From Bacillota bacterium (GTDB lineage: Bacteria; Bacillota; Dethiobacteria; DTU022): a DNA stretch of 64,000 nt. Below, one piece after another: positions 1 through 9,658 of this stretch; positions within the stretch are counted from its first letter, which is position 1; the number at the start of each line of letters is the position of its first letter. The notes below the pieces were generated by a model that made no database searches, was not told the DNA's origin, and was given only the letters and a program-made list of their open reading frames with translations. The stretch is taken from the NCBI GenBank assembly GCA_030611385.1, contig JAUWPV010000004.1, positions 31,295 through 95,294 on the forward strand, given 5' to 3'. The translations under genes and the position numbers were made by a program.

Positions 1-911
1 GATCTTATTCACCGATGACTACTATCGGGGGCGGAAAAGTGCTTGATCCGTACCCGGCTCGACACCGCCGTTTTCGGCCGCCGGTAATTGAACGGCTTAA
101 GGAACTGAAACAGGCGCCGACTGCCGGAGGTGACTCCGCATTTTTGCGCCGCAAGCTCGAAGAACTTGTTGTCGCTGACAGCAACCGCCTGGAGAAGGAA
201 ACCCAGTTTGACCGGGAAAAAATAAACAATATTCTCGAAGAACTGATTGGCCGGGGTGTTGTCGAAAAGCTGGGCAGTTCATTTATTACTGCCGTGATGA
301 TCAAAGAGTTTGAAGATAAATTTCAGGCTGAACTGGAAAAATATCATCAGAAATATCCGCTCTCACCGGGAATCTCCCGCGCTCAGCTAAAAGGCCTTCT
401 GCCGCAAAATTTCGGACAGCGTGACTACGACGCCCTGCTTGAGCGTCTGCAGGCTCGTGAGATAATATCAGCGCGGAGCGACCTGGTCAGCCTTTTCCAA
501 TTTAGAGCGGAACCTTCCCCTAAAGATAAGGTCAGGCTCGATACGCTGACCGAACTATACCGGTCCAGCTGGTTTCAACCGCCATCGGTTAAAGATGCCC
601 TGGAAAAAGCGGGAGCGGAATCTGGCCGCCGGGACGAACTTTTTAATTACCTGCAAAGCAGCGCGGTATTGGTCAAGATTAGTGAAGAACTCTATTTTCA
701 CAGTGAAGCATACGGGGAGGCGTTAAAGCTGCTGCGACAACATTTTGCCGGGAAGAATGAACTTACTCTGGCCCAGTTCCGGGATATAACCGGCAGCTCC
801 CGCAAGTACGTTCAGGCTCTGCTCGAACACTTTGATCAGGCCCGGCTGACCCGGCGGGTTGAAGATTACCGGGTGCCTTTGAAACTTAACAGAGAAGTGG
901 AAGGACGGTGA
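1..911 (+). CDS. selB: Selenocysteine-specific elongation factor SelB, C-terminal portion (5' end lies outside the window)
   Basis: The reading frame is open to the window edge. The translated sequence resembles the SelB C-terminal winged-helix region (...LTLAQFRDITGSSRKYVQALLEHFD...). Its stop at 909-911 lies 4 nt before selD. Family assignment is by eye only. Confidence 0.75.
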   Translation, partial: SYSPMTTIGGGKVLDPYPARHRRFRPPVIERLKELKQAPTAGGDSAFLRRKLEELVVADSNRLEKETQFDREKINNILEELIGRGVVEKLGSSFITAVMIKEFEDKFQAELEKYHQKYPLSPGISRAQLKGLLPQNFGQRDYDALLERLQAREIISARSDLVSLFQFRAEPSPKDKVRLDTLTELYRSSWFQPPSVKDALEKAGAESGRRDELFNYLQSSAVLVKISEELYFHSEAYGEALKLLRQHFAGKNELTLAQFRDITGSSRKYVQALLEHFDQARLTRRVEDYRVPLKLNREVEGR

Positions 912-915
912 GGGG

Positions 916-1965
916 ATGAGTCGTAAAGAAATACGCCTGACTACAATGACCACCAGTGCTGGCTGAGCGGCGAAAATCGGGCCCGAGGCCCTGGCGCAGG
1001 TACTGCGCAGTTTACCAATATCCAATGACCCGAACTATTTAAACCGCGAACAGCATTTTTCAGATGCCGGCATTTACCGCATTTCCGAGACGCTGGCCCT
1101 GGTGCAGACTGTGGATTTTTTTACCCCGATAGTTGATGATCCCTACACCTTCGGTCAAATTGCAGCTGCCAATGCTCTCAGTGATGTTTATGCCATGGGC
1201 GGAAAGCCTTTAACTGTGTTGAATATTATCTGTTTCCCGGTTTCATGTCACCCGCTCGAGGTGATGGAAGAAATATTGCGCGGCGGTTACGATAAGGTGG
1301 CCGAGGCTGAAGCAGTGGTAGTCGGTGGGCATAGTATCGAAGATCCTGAACCCAAGTATGGTCTCTCAGTTACCGGGTTGGTCAATATTGAAGATATGAT
1401 TACCGGAAGCGGCGCCCGGCCCGGGGACCATCTCGTTTTGACTAAGCCTTTAGGTACCGGTATTATCGCCACCGCAGTAAAAGGCGAAATGATCACCGAA
1501 AAAGAATCTGCGGAAGCGGTAAGTGGAATGAGAGCCCTCAATGCCCCTGCTTCTGAAGCGATGCTGAATGTCGGTGTTTCCGCCTGTACGGACGTTACCG
1601 GTTTTGGCTTTTTAGGACACCTGCATGAACTGCTGGTTTCAAGCAATGTCAGCGCTGAAATAGATTATAAAAAAATAGATCTTTATCCGTCGGTTCGCGA
1701 AATGATTGCCCTGGGTATGATTCCGGCCGGGGCCTACCGTAATCTGGAATACGTGCGTCCCCATATAAAATGGGCAGGGTCGGTTGAAGAAAAAGACGAT
1801 ACCCTGATCATTCTGGCCGACCCCCAAACGTCCGGCGGCCTCCTGGTGGCTGTTTCTCCAGACAAGCTCGAACTATACCTGGTTGCCTTAAAAGAACGCG
1901 GAGTTGTCGGCTGCTCAGTCGGCCATATTACCGAAGGAACCACCAGTAGAATCACGATTTATTAG
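916..1965 (+). CDS. selD: Selenophosphate synthetase (selenide, water dikinase), selenocysteine-containing
   Basis: ATG at 916 is in frame with the tracked ORF at 1102. The N-terminus reads MSRKEIRLTTMTTSAG-U-AAKIGP, with TGA at 964-966 at the position of the SelD glycine-rich loop Cys/Sec. The remainder (VDFFTPIVDDPYTFGQIAAANALSDVYAMGG...) is typical SelD/AIR-synthase-like sequence. Confidence 0.9.
978..1008 (+). promoter_or_regulatory. Candidate SECIS region downstream of the selD UGA (two short GC-rich hairpins)
   Basis: GGGCC(cga)GGCCC lies at 979-991 and GCGCAG(gta)CTGCGC at 994-1008, starting 12 nt after the UGA. The position fits a bacterial SECIS, but the structure was not computed. 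Confidence 0.3.
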
Positions 1966-2220
1966 TTCAGCCTGATTCGCTTAACAGGTTCAATAGTTTC
2001 CCATGTAAAATATTTAAGAATTAACAAAAATCATGCAGGAAATATTTAAGGAAATGTCGAAATCCTCCAATATAACCTGTTTTTATCGCAATTGTCTAAC
2101 TATTGTAGCCAACCAATTCAGGGGGTGGCGCCGAAGGATTGTTTTTCGATTATTGATCCGGCAAGACAGGTTTGGTTTACCGGGAGTATTGCTGCGAACA
2201 ATTACTTAATGATACGGGGT

Positions 2221-3363
2221 ATGCCAATGAGTGCCGAAAGCCAGACATTTACCGAAAGATATGATTTGCTTGGTTGTATCCAGTGCGGTCGCTGTACCGG
2301 CGGCTGCCCGGTTACTGTAAGAGCCAATTTGAATGTGCGCCGCTTCGTCAACGATGCCTATTACGAGGAGAAACTGGATGAATTAGCCAGACAGGCGGAA
2401 ATCTGGGATTGTACGGCCTGTCATACCTGTGCTGTCCGCTGCCCCAAGGGTTTAAAGCCGTTGGAAGTCTTACTTGGTTTGCGTGCGATGATTATTGAAA
2501 GCGGAAAAGTAGAGCCGACAGTGCGTGATGCTCTGCAGAGCGTTCTTCTTGAAGGAAACCCCTGGGAAAAATCAAGAGCAGCTCGCAGTGACTGGATGGA
2601 AGGCCTTGATGTCAAAATTGCCGAACCGGGTGTCCCTGTTGAGAATCTCTTTTTTGTCTGCTGCACGATTGCTTACGATCCGCGCGTCCAGGCTATTGCA
2701 AAAAATATAGTCCGCCTGCTTAACAAGACTGGCGTCGATTATGCTTTCCTGGACGACAGTGAAACATGCTGCGGCAGTGAAGTGTATACCCTCGGCGAAG
2801 AAGGGCTTTTTGAAATGTTGGTTGAGGATAATACCGAGTATTTCAATGAATATTCTGCCAAGCGTATCGTCACCCTTTCACCGCACTGCTTTACCACCTA
2901 CAATGTCCATTATCCCGATTTGAACAAACCGGTTATTCACTATACCCAGCTTTTAGATGAACTGCTCAAAGAGGGCAAACTGGTCTGGAAGGGCGACTTG
3001 CCGAAGAAGATTGTTTTTCATGATCCCTGCTACCTGGGCAAACAGGGCGGCGTTTATGACGAGCCGCGTGATTTATTAAAAAGCATCCCGGGCGCGGAAC
3101 TGCTTGAATTCGAGCGTTGTCGCGAGCGCAGTTTATGCTGCGAAGGCGGAGGAGGCAAGATGTGGGTTGAATCGGAATCGAAGAAGGAACGGCTGGCCGA
3201 AACGCGGATAAAAGATGCTAAAGCCCTTGGCGCCGATATAGTGGCCGTTGCCTGTCCCTTCTGTGTGTTAACCCTGGAAGATGCCATGAAAGGATTAGGC
3301 TATGAAGAAGAGATGCGTGTAGCTGAAATTATGGAGCTTTTAGGTGAATTTATCGAAGCTTAG
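2221..3363 (+). CDS. HdrD-like (HdrC+HdrB fusion type) Fe-S oxidoreductase with CCG-type cysteine-rich domains
   Basis: It has two ferredoxin motifs, CIQCGRCTGGCP and CTACHTCAVRCP. It then has two Cys-rich CCG-type motifs, ETCCGSE...SPHC and SLCCEGGGG...ACPFC. No obvious transmembrane segment is present. The ORF opens at 2092, and the start at ATG 2221 (MPMSAES) is a guess. Confidence 0.7.
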   Translation: MPMSAESQTFTERYDLLGCIQCGRCTGGCPVTVRANLNVRRFVNDAYYEEKLDELARQAEIWDCTACHTCAVRCPKGLKPLEVLLGLRAMIIESGKVEPTVRDALQSVLLEGNPWEKSRAARSDWMEGLDVKIAEPGVPVENLFFVCCTIAYDPRVQAIAKNIVRLLNKTGVDYAFLDDSETCCGSEVYTLGEEGLFEMLVEDNTEYFNEYSAKRIVTLSPHCFTTYNVHYPDLNKPVIHYTQLLDELLKEGKLVWKGDLPKKIVFHDPCYLGKQGGVYDEPRDLLKSIPGAELLEFERCRERSLCCEGGGGKMWVESESKKERLAETRIKDAKALGADIVAVACPFCVLTLEDAMKGLGYEEEMRVAEIMELLGEFIEA

Positions 3364-3397
3364 GTAGTTACTATTCTGGTAGGAGGTGGCAAGAAAA

Positions 3398-4189
3398 ATG
3401 AAAACTATAGTTTGCATCAAGTATGTGCCGGATACTTCCGAAGCGGAAGTCAAGGTAAATCCTGACGGCATAACTGTTGACAGCAGTCGTTTCTCATTCG
3501 ATATTAACGATGCCGATAACTATGCTGTTGAAGAATCGGTTTTGATCAAGGAAGCTAAAGGCGGCGAGATAACCGTTGTTTCGATTGGACCGAAAAAGTC
3601 TGATGTTATGATCCGAATGGCCATGGCTAAGGGCTGCGATAAAGCGGTTCGCATTGAAGACGATCGAATAGCTGGTCATGATCCCCTGATGGTGGCCAAA
3701 GTACTTGCCGGCGCTGCTAAGGGTGAGGAATTTGACCTTGTGCTAACCGGTTGTATGGCCAGCGATGATGGTCATATGTCAACCGGGGTGGCTCTGGCTG
3801 AAGAATTAGGCGTAAACCATGCCTCAATGGTTAAAAAAATTGAGGTTTTAGACGGAGGTAAAATTAAAGTCAGCCGCGAACTCGAAGGTGGCCTGATGGA
3901 AGTGGTCGAACTGGAACTTCCGGCGGTAATAACAATCCAGACCGGGATTAACGAGCCGCGCTATGCCCCGATACGTGGTATTCGCGAAGCCCAGAAGAAG
4001 GAACTGAAAGTGGTTAAACTTGATGACCTCGGAGTAGATCCCGCTTCAGTCGGGCCTGACGCATCCCAGATTATTCTGGAAGCGCTCTATATTCCCGAAG
4101 TTGAATCCTCTGCGGAATTCATCGCGGGCGATCCGAACGAGAAAGCAGAAAAACTGGCGTCCATTTTGGTTAAAGGAGGCTTGATATAA
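3398..4189 (+). CDS. etfB: Electron transfer flavoprotein beta subunit
   Basis: The sequence MKTIVCIKYVPDTSEAEVKV...DINDADNYAVEESV is typical EtfB. AGGAGG at 3381-3386 precedes ATG 3398. Confidence 0.85.
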   Translation: MKTIVCIKYVPDTSEAEVKVNPDGITVDSSRFSFDINDADNYAVEESVLIKEAKGGEITVVSIGPKKSDVMIRMAMAKGCDKAVRIEDDRIAGHDPLMVAKVLAGAAKGEEFDLVLTGCMASDDGHMSTGVALAEELGVNHASMVKKIEVLDGGKIKVSRELEGGLMEVVELELPAVITIQTGINEPRYAPIRGIREAQKKELKVVKLDDLGVDPASVGPDASQIILEALYIPEVESSAEFIAGDPNEKAEKLASILVKGGLI

Positions 4190-5163
4190 TGGGTAACGTT
4201 TTAGTATTGGCGGAACACCGTCAGGGAGTTTTAAGAGATATTTCTTTTGAAATGCTGGCTGTTGCCCCTAAATTGGCTGCGGATATGGGCGGAGAAGCGA
4301 TGGTTCTATTGATCGGCAGCAGTATGGACGATATGGCCAAGAAAGCAGCCGGATACGGGGTTAAGGTAATGGTTGTTGATGATCCTCTCTTCAAGGACTT
4401 CAATGCCGACAAATATCAGAAAGTCTTATCAGCGTTGATTGATGATCTGAAACCGGCTGTAGTGATCACCGGACATACCGCCCAGGGTGTTGATTTTATG
4501 CCGGCCCTGGCTGTTGAGAAAAAGCTTCCTTTAATTGCTGAAGTAATTGGTCTTGAGTATGCCGGGGGAACATTGAAAGCAACCCGCCAGCTTTATTCGG
4601 GTAAAGTTAATGCCACTCTGGCTTTTAAACCGGCGGATACTTACCTGGTAACTTTCCGGGAAGGCGCTGTTGAAGCCCCGGCGCCGTCTTCGGCCGGTAC
4701 TGTTGAAAAACTCGATTCTCCACTCAAGGAAGACCTGCCCTACCGTAAGTTTGTCGAATATATTGAATCCGAAGTCGGCGATGTCGATATTACCCAGTCC
4801 AATATTCTCGTTGCTATCGGCCGCGGGCTTAAGGAAGATAAAAACCTGCCCCTGATCGAGGAGCTGGCCAAAGCGATCAAGGCTGATATTGCCGGTTCAA
4901 GAGCAGCAATCGATGCCGGTTGGATTCCCCATGATCGCCAGGTTGGCACTTCCGGGAAATCAGTTAAACCGAAACTCTATATTGCCATGGGTATATCCGG
5001 CGCTTTCCAGCATATTGCTGGTATAAAGGGGGCGAAGACAGTGGTGGCGATTAATAAAGACCCCGATGCTCCGATCTTTGCCGTGGCCGATTACGCCATT
5101 GTCGACGATATGTTCAAGATTATACCCAAGCTGACGGAAAAGCTGAAGGAGCTTAAAGGATAA
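4189..5163 (+). CDS. etfA: Electron transfer flavoprotein alpha subunit
   Basis: The start overlaps the etfB stop (ATAATG). The C-terminal FAD-binding region reads [10 protein letters not shown]...[25 protein letters not shown]. Confidence 0.9.
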   Translation: MGNVLVLAEHRQGVLRDISFEMLAVAPKLAADMGGEAMVLLIGSSMDDMAKKAAGYGVKVMVVDDPLFKDFNADKYQKVLSALIDDLKPAVVITGHTAQGVDFMPALAVEKKLPLIAEVIGLEYAGGTLKATRQLYSGKVNATLAFKPADTYLVTFREGAVEAPAPSSAGTVEKLDSPLKEDLPYRKFVEYIESEVGDVDITQSNILVAIGRGLKEDKNLPLIEELAKAIKADIAGSRAAIDAGWIPHDRQVGTSGKSVKPKLYIAMGISGAFQHIAGIKGAKTVVAINKDPDAPIFAVADYAIVDDMFKIIPKLTEKLKELKG

Positions 5164-5207
5164 CTTATTTTGCAAGGGCTAACCTTTGCAGGAGGATGAA
5201 AAACCAG

Positions 5208-7208
5208 ATGACGGAAAAACCAAAAGTGGGTGTCTATGTCTGCCACTGCGGGATAAATATTTCCGCGACTGTAGATGTTGACGCCGTTGCTGAATACGCG
5301 CAAAAACTGCCTAATGTGGTAGTAGCGCGCACTTATTCATACATGTGTTCCGATCCCGGACAGAGCCTGATTAAAAATGATATCCGGGAACTGGGCCTGA
5401 ACAGGGTTGTTGTCGCTTCCTGTTCCCCCCGCATGCATGAACCGACCTTCCGAAAAGCGATCCGCGAAGCGGGGATAAACCCTTACTTTCTCGAGATGAC
5501 CAATATTCGGGAGCAGTGTTCCTGGGTGCATGAAGATAAAGAAGAAGGTACTGCCAAGGCTAAAAAGTTGGTTAAAGCATCGGTGGCCAAAGCAAGACTG
5601 CTCGAAGCGTTGGAATCGAAAGAGGTTGACGCTGAACCGGCTGCCCTGATTATTGGAGCCGGTATTGCTGGTATTCAGGCTGCGTTAGATATTGCCGATG
5701 CCGGTTTTAAGGTTTACCTGGTGGAAAAGACACCATCGGTGGGCGGGCGTATGGCTCAGCTCGACAAAACCTTTCCGACGCTCGACTGCTCGGCCTGTAT
5801 TCTTACCCCGAAAATGGTCGATTGCGCCAGTCATCCCAATATCGAGCTGATGAGTTACTCGGAAGTCGAAAAAGTTGATGGCTTTATCGGCAATTTCGAT
5901 GTTAAGGTGCGTAAAAAAGCGCGCTATGTCGATTTCGGTAAATGTACCGGCTGCGGTGATTGCGCTGCGGAATGCCGGGTCAAAGACCGTATCCCGAGTG
6001 AGTTCGATCAGGGCATGGGTAAGCGTTCGGCGATTTACCTGCCCTTTCCCCAGGCGGTTCCGGCCAAGTATACTATTGATCCGGAGAGCTGTCTCTTTCT
6101 AACCAGGGGTAAATGCGGTAAAAACCCGAAATGCCAGGAAGTCTGCCGCGCCGAAGCGATCAATTTCGACCAGGAAGATGAAATTGTTGAATTCAAGGTC
6201 GGCGCCATTATCGTGGCGACCGGTTTCGATCCATTCGATGCGTCGCGTAAGCCCGAATACGGCTACGCTGATTATCCCAATGTGATTACCGGTATGGAGA
6301 TGGAACGCCTTGTCTCTGCCTCGGGACCAACCGGCGGTAAAGTGAAGGTCTTTAACAGCGAAGAAGAAATTGAGCCGAAAGAGATCGCCTTTATCAATTG
6401 CGTCGGATCACGGGATAAGAGCGTCGGTAATGAATATTGTTCCCGGGTTTGCTGCATGTATACGGCTAAACAGGCTCACCTGATCAGGGATAAAATCCCC
6501 GATGCCAATATCCGGGTCTACTACATAGATGTGCGCGCTTTTGGTAAGGGTTACGAAGAGTTTTATGACCGGGTCCGCCGCGAAAATATTCGCTACATCA
6601 GGGGCAATCCATCCGAAATCTTCAAGCGGGGCAATAAACTGGTGGTCAAGGTGGAAGATACCCTGACAGCGACACCGCTCGAAGATGAAGTCGATCTGGT
6701 TGTCCTGGGTGTCGGGCTCGAACCTCGTGCCGATATGCGTCAGGTTATGGATCTGCTCAGGCTTTCCCAATCGCCGGACCGCTTTTTCCTCGAGGCACAC
6801 CCGAAACTGCGGCCTGTGGATACTGCAACTGAAGGCATTTTCCTCGCCGGTTGCTGCCAGGGGCCAAAAGATATTCCCGATACAGTAGCCCAGGCCAAGG
6901 CTGCCGCTTCTTCAGCAATGATTCCCCTGGCCCGGGGTAAAGTGATGATTGGCGCCCAGGTAGCTACAGTGAATGAAGCAACCTGCCGGGGCTGTGGTTT
7001 CTGTGTTAACATCTGCCCCTATACGGCTATTGAACTGGTTACAGTAAACCGCTTTGGAAATGAAGTGGAAGTGGCCAGGGTCAATGAAGCTCTCTGTAAA
7101 GGATGCGGTTCTTGTTCGGCAGCCTGTTTATCCGATTCTATCCAACCGAAATCTTTCCGCGATCGCCAGATATTACCGCAGATAGCGGCATTGGGGGCCA
7201 TGAAATGA
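5208..7208 (+). CDS. hdrA: Heterodisulfide reductase subunit A-like flavo-Fe-S protein
   Basis: The N-terminus carries VGVYVCHCGINIS. The FAD fold reads IIGAGIAGIQAALDIADAG. Several CxxCxxCxxxC clusters are present (CTGCGDCAAEC, CRGCGFCVNICP, CKGCGSCSAAC). ATG 5196 abuts the AGGAGG site, so ATG 5208 is preferred. Confidence 0.85.
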   Translation: MTEKPKVGVYVCHCGINISATVDVDAVAEYAQKLPNVVVARTYSYMCSDPGQSLIKNDIRELGLNRVVVASCSPRMHEPTFRKAIREAGINPYFLEMTNIREQCSWVHEDKEEGTAKAKKLVKASVAKARLLEALESKEVDAEPAALIIGAGIAGIQAALDIADAGFKVYLVEKTPSVGGRMAQLDKTFPTLDCSACILTPKMVDCASHPNIELMSYSEVEKVDGFIGNFDVKVRKKARYVDFGKCTGCGDCAAECRVKDRIPSEFDQGMGKRSAIYLPFPQAVPAKYTIDPESCLFLTRGKCGKNPKCQEVCRAEAINFDQEDEIVEFKVGAIIVATGFDPFDASRKPEYGYADYPNVITGMEMERLVSASGPTGGKVKVFNSEEEIEPKEIAFINCVGSRDKSVGNEYCSRVCCMYTAKQAHLIRDKIPDANIRVYYIDVRAFGKGYEEFYDRVRRENIRYIRGNPSEIFKRGNKLVVKVEDTLTATPLEDEVDLVVLGVGLEPRADMRQVMDLLRLSQSPDRFFLEAHPKLRPVDTATEGIFLAGCCQGPKDIPDTVAQAKAAASSAMIPLARGKVMIGAQVATVNEATCRGCGFCVNICPYTAIELVTVNRFGNEVEVARVNEALCKGCGSCSAACLSDSIQPKSFRDRQILPQIAALGAMK

Positions 7209-7636
7209 GTGCAGATTATGAACCGAACATTGTAGCATTCCTCTGTAACTGGTGTTCATATGCCGGGGCCGACCTGGCCGGCACCAGCAGGGTCCACTAT
7301 CCGGCGAACGTCCAGGTTATCAGGGTAATGTGCTCCGGGCGGGTTAACCCGCTCTACGTTATGAATGCATTACAACAGGGCGCCGATGGCGTACTGGTTT
7401 CGGGATGCCACCCCGGAGATTGCCATTATATGGAAGGTAATTTCCGTGCGCGTCGTCGTCTTGGAATGCTTAAAAGTTTGATGGAATTTGTCGGTGTCGA
7501 TCCGCGGCGCTTCCATATGAGCTGGGTTTCAGCTTCAGAGGGACACAAGTGGAAAGAAGTAGTGGAAAAAACCGTTGAAGATGCGCGGGAAGCCGGACCG
7601 TTTGAAGGTTTCAGGCGCCAGCAGATCGACTGGTAG
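7205..7636 (+). CDS. MvhD/FlxD-like [2Fe-2S] protein (methyl-viologen-reducing hydrogenase delta subunit family)
   Basis: The sequence NIVAFLCNWCSYAGADLAG...VMCSGRV...VSGCHPGDCHY is the MvhD signature. The ATG overlaps the hdrA stop (ATGA). Confidence 0.85.
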   Translation: MSADYEPNIVAFLCNWCSYAGADLAGTSRVHYPANVQVIRVMCSGRVNPLYVMNALQQGADGVLVSGCHPGDCHYMEGNFRARRRLGMLKSLMEFVGVDPRRFHMSWVSASEGHKWKEVVEKTVEDAREAGPFEGFRRQQIDW

Positions 7637-7652
7637 GAGGGGTTTTTAAAAG

Positions 7653-8633
7653 ATGAATTTGGGACAATTACGCAAAATCGCAGCTGAGGTAGTGGCCCGT
7701 GAAGATGTAAAATACCTGATCGGCTGGAAGCAGGGTTCTTATGGTTACCGGATCGCACCGGGTTTTGTCGAAGATGCTGCCGGAGCTGCAGAGCTGATCT
7801 TTTCCCCTCTCTGCACAGCCAATCTGGCTACTTACCTGACCCTGGTTGAGAAACTTCCGGTGCCGCGAGGCCAGGAGGCCGACAAACGTAAAGTTGCCCT
7901 GATGGTTAAAGGTTGCGACAGCCGGGCCGTGACCCAGCTTCTGGTAGAAAAAGGAATACACCGCGATGAAGTAGTTGTAATCGGCTGTCCCTGCCCGGGA
8001 ATGGTCGATCCGGCCCTGCTAACGGAAAAATATCCGGAAACCGAAGAAACCGTTGAGGTTAAATGGAGTGGTGACGGCTTCCTGCTAAATCGCAGCGGTG
8101 AAGAAATTAAAGTTCCCAGAGATGAACTTTTGGCTGAGAAATGCCGCCTCTGCCGTTATCCGAACCCGGTAATCAGCGATATTCTGCTCGGCGAAGCTGT
8201 CGAGCCCTGGGAACTGGCGGAAGATAACGGTGTGGCCGAGGTTGAGGGTAAAGATGTTGGTGGCCGCTGGGATTACTGGGAAGAACAGTTTGCAAAATGC
8301 GTGCGCTGCTATAGCTGTCGAAATGTCTGTCCGCTCTGTTACTGCCAGGACTGCATCCTCGATCGCCTCAATCCGACTTGGGTTAACCGGGCGGTCAACT
8401 TTTCAGAGAATACATCTTTCCATATTGCCCGGGCTTTTCACCTTGCCGGCCGCTGTATTGGGTGCGGTGAGTGTGAACGAGTTTGTCCGGTCAATATTCC
8501 CCTGGGTAGGTTAAATCGCAAACTGGCCCGGGAAGTACGGGATAAATACGGTTTTGAACCAGGGGTTGATCCCGAGGCCGAGCCGTTCCAGGCCAGTTTC
8601 AAACCTGATGATCCCGGAGACTTCATACTGTAG
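7653..8633 (+). CDS. FlxC-like iron-sulfur protein (2x[4Fe-4S] ferredoxin motifs)
   Basis: Motifs CVRCYSCRNVCP and CIGCGECERVCP are present. A good ribosome-binding site (GGTAGGAGGGG) precedes the start. The subfamily name is inferred from context. Confidence 0.6.
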   Translation: MNLGQLRKIAAEVVAREDVKYLIGWKQGSYGYRIAPGFVEDAAGAAELIFSPLCTANLATYLTLVEKLPVPRGQEADKRKVALMVKGCDSRAVTQLLVEKGIHRDEVVVIGCPCPGMVDPALLTEKYPETEETVEVKWSGDGFLLNRSGEEIKVPRDELLAEKCRLCRYPNPVISDILLGEAVEPWELAEDNGVAEVEGKDVGGRWDYWEEQFAKCVRCYSCRNVCPLCYCQDCILDRLNPTWVNRAVNFSENTSFHIARAFHLAGRCIGCGECERVCPVNIPLGRLNRKLAREVRDKYGFEPGVDPEAEPFQASFKPDDPGDFIL

Positions 8634-8635
8634 AG

Positions 8636-9658
8636 GTGGGTGATCTGTCAGCGATGCTGTTAAATAAAGATAAGTGGCCTGAATTTGTCGGAAGGTTGGC
8701 CGGTAAAAAACTGCTGGCGCCGCAATCAGGCGGCGATGCTGTGCGTTTTGCTCCGGTTTCCGATGGTGAAGTGCCTATGCTCGATTTTAAAAATACCCGG
8801 GTGCCTCCGAAGCAGGCGTTATTTCCTCAAACCGAGACAATGTACCGCTTTCAGTTGGGTACTGAAGAAATAGAACTGCCACAGCTGGATGAAGAAACCA
8901 TATGGCTTGGAGTCCGCCCCTGTGATGCGCGGGCAATGGCTATTGTAGAAAAGCTTTTCAGGTGGGATATCGATGACCCGTACTATCTTAAGCGGCGTGA
9001 ACTGACCACTCTTGTTGGGCTGGCCTGTAATGAACCCGGCTTGAACTGCTTTTGTCCCTCGGTCGGTGGGGGACCGGCTTCCACTGAAGGCCTGGATCTG
9101 TTAATGATCGATCTGGATGATCGCTACCTGCTGGAAGCGATTACCCCCAAAGGTGAAGCGTTGCTTGACGTAACCGGGGATCTCCTCGATGAGGTTAAAG
9201 CAGATGCGGTTAAAGAGAAGGAAAAGGTTGTATCCGCAGCTGAAAAGAAAATTAAACGCACCGTGGATACAGAAGGAGTCTCGGCGGGGCTGCCCGGATT
9301 GTGGGAAGATCCGCTCTGGCGGCGTGTTTCAGCGGCTTGCCTTGGTTGCGGAACCTGTACTTATCTCTGTCCGACCTGTCACTGCTTTGATATTCAGGAT
9401 GAGACGGAAGGTTTCGAAGCGAGGCGCTGCCGAATGTGGGATTCCTGCATGTTTGAAGAATATACTGTCCATACCTCGGGGCATAATCCCCGGCCTACCC
9501 GCCGGGAACGGACCCGAAACCGGATTAACCATAAGTACAGCTACTATGTCGATAAGTTTGCTGTGACAGCCTGTGTTGGGTGCGGTCGATGCGTCAACCT
9601 CTGCCCTGTTAATATCGACATTATTGAAATATTAAGGCAGGTGAAAGAGGCGCTATGA
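8636..9658 (+). CDS. AsrA/HydB/FlxB-like 4Fe-4S subunit
   Basis: Motifs CLGCGTCTYLCPTCHC and CVGCGRCVNLCP are present, with AsrA-like length and layout. The start is uncertain (GTG 8636 or ATG 8654). Confidence 0.65.
   Translation: MGDLSAMLLNKDKWPEFVGRLAGKKLLAPQSGGDAVRFAPVSDGEVPMLDFKNTRVPPKQALFPQTETMYRFQLGTEEIELPQLDEETIWLGVRPCDARAMAIVEKLFRWDIDDPYYLKRRELTTLVGLACNEPGLNCFCPSVGGGPASTEGLDLLMIDLDDRYLLEAITPKGEALLDVTGDLLDEVKADAVKEKEKVVSAAEKKIKRTVDTEGVSAGLPGLWEDPLWRRVSAACLGCGTCTYLCPTCHCFDIQDETEGFEARRCRMWDSCMFEEYTVHTSGHNPRPTRRERTRNRINHKYSYYVDKFAVTACVGCGRCVNLCPVNIDIIEILRQVKEAL

Noticed and set aside
2008-2028. A possible Rex operator upstream of the hdr/etf cluster, with an exact TTAACAA half-site.
   Set aside because: The partner half-site (ATATTTA) matches only 4 of 7 positions of TTGTTAA. 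This is too weak to call without a position-weight-matrix scan.
5196-5207. ATG 5196 as the hdrA start, as given in the track.
   Set aside because: AGGAGG (5190-5195) abuts this ATG with no spacer. ATG 5208 has workable spacing. The difference is only four codons and is unresolved without protein data.
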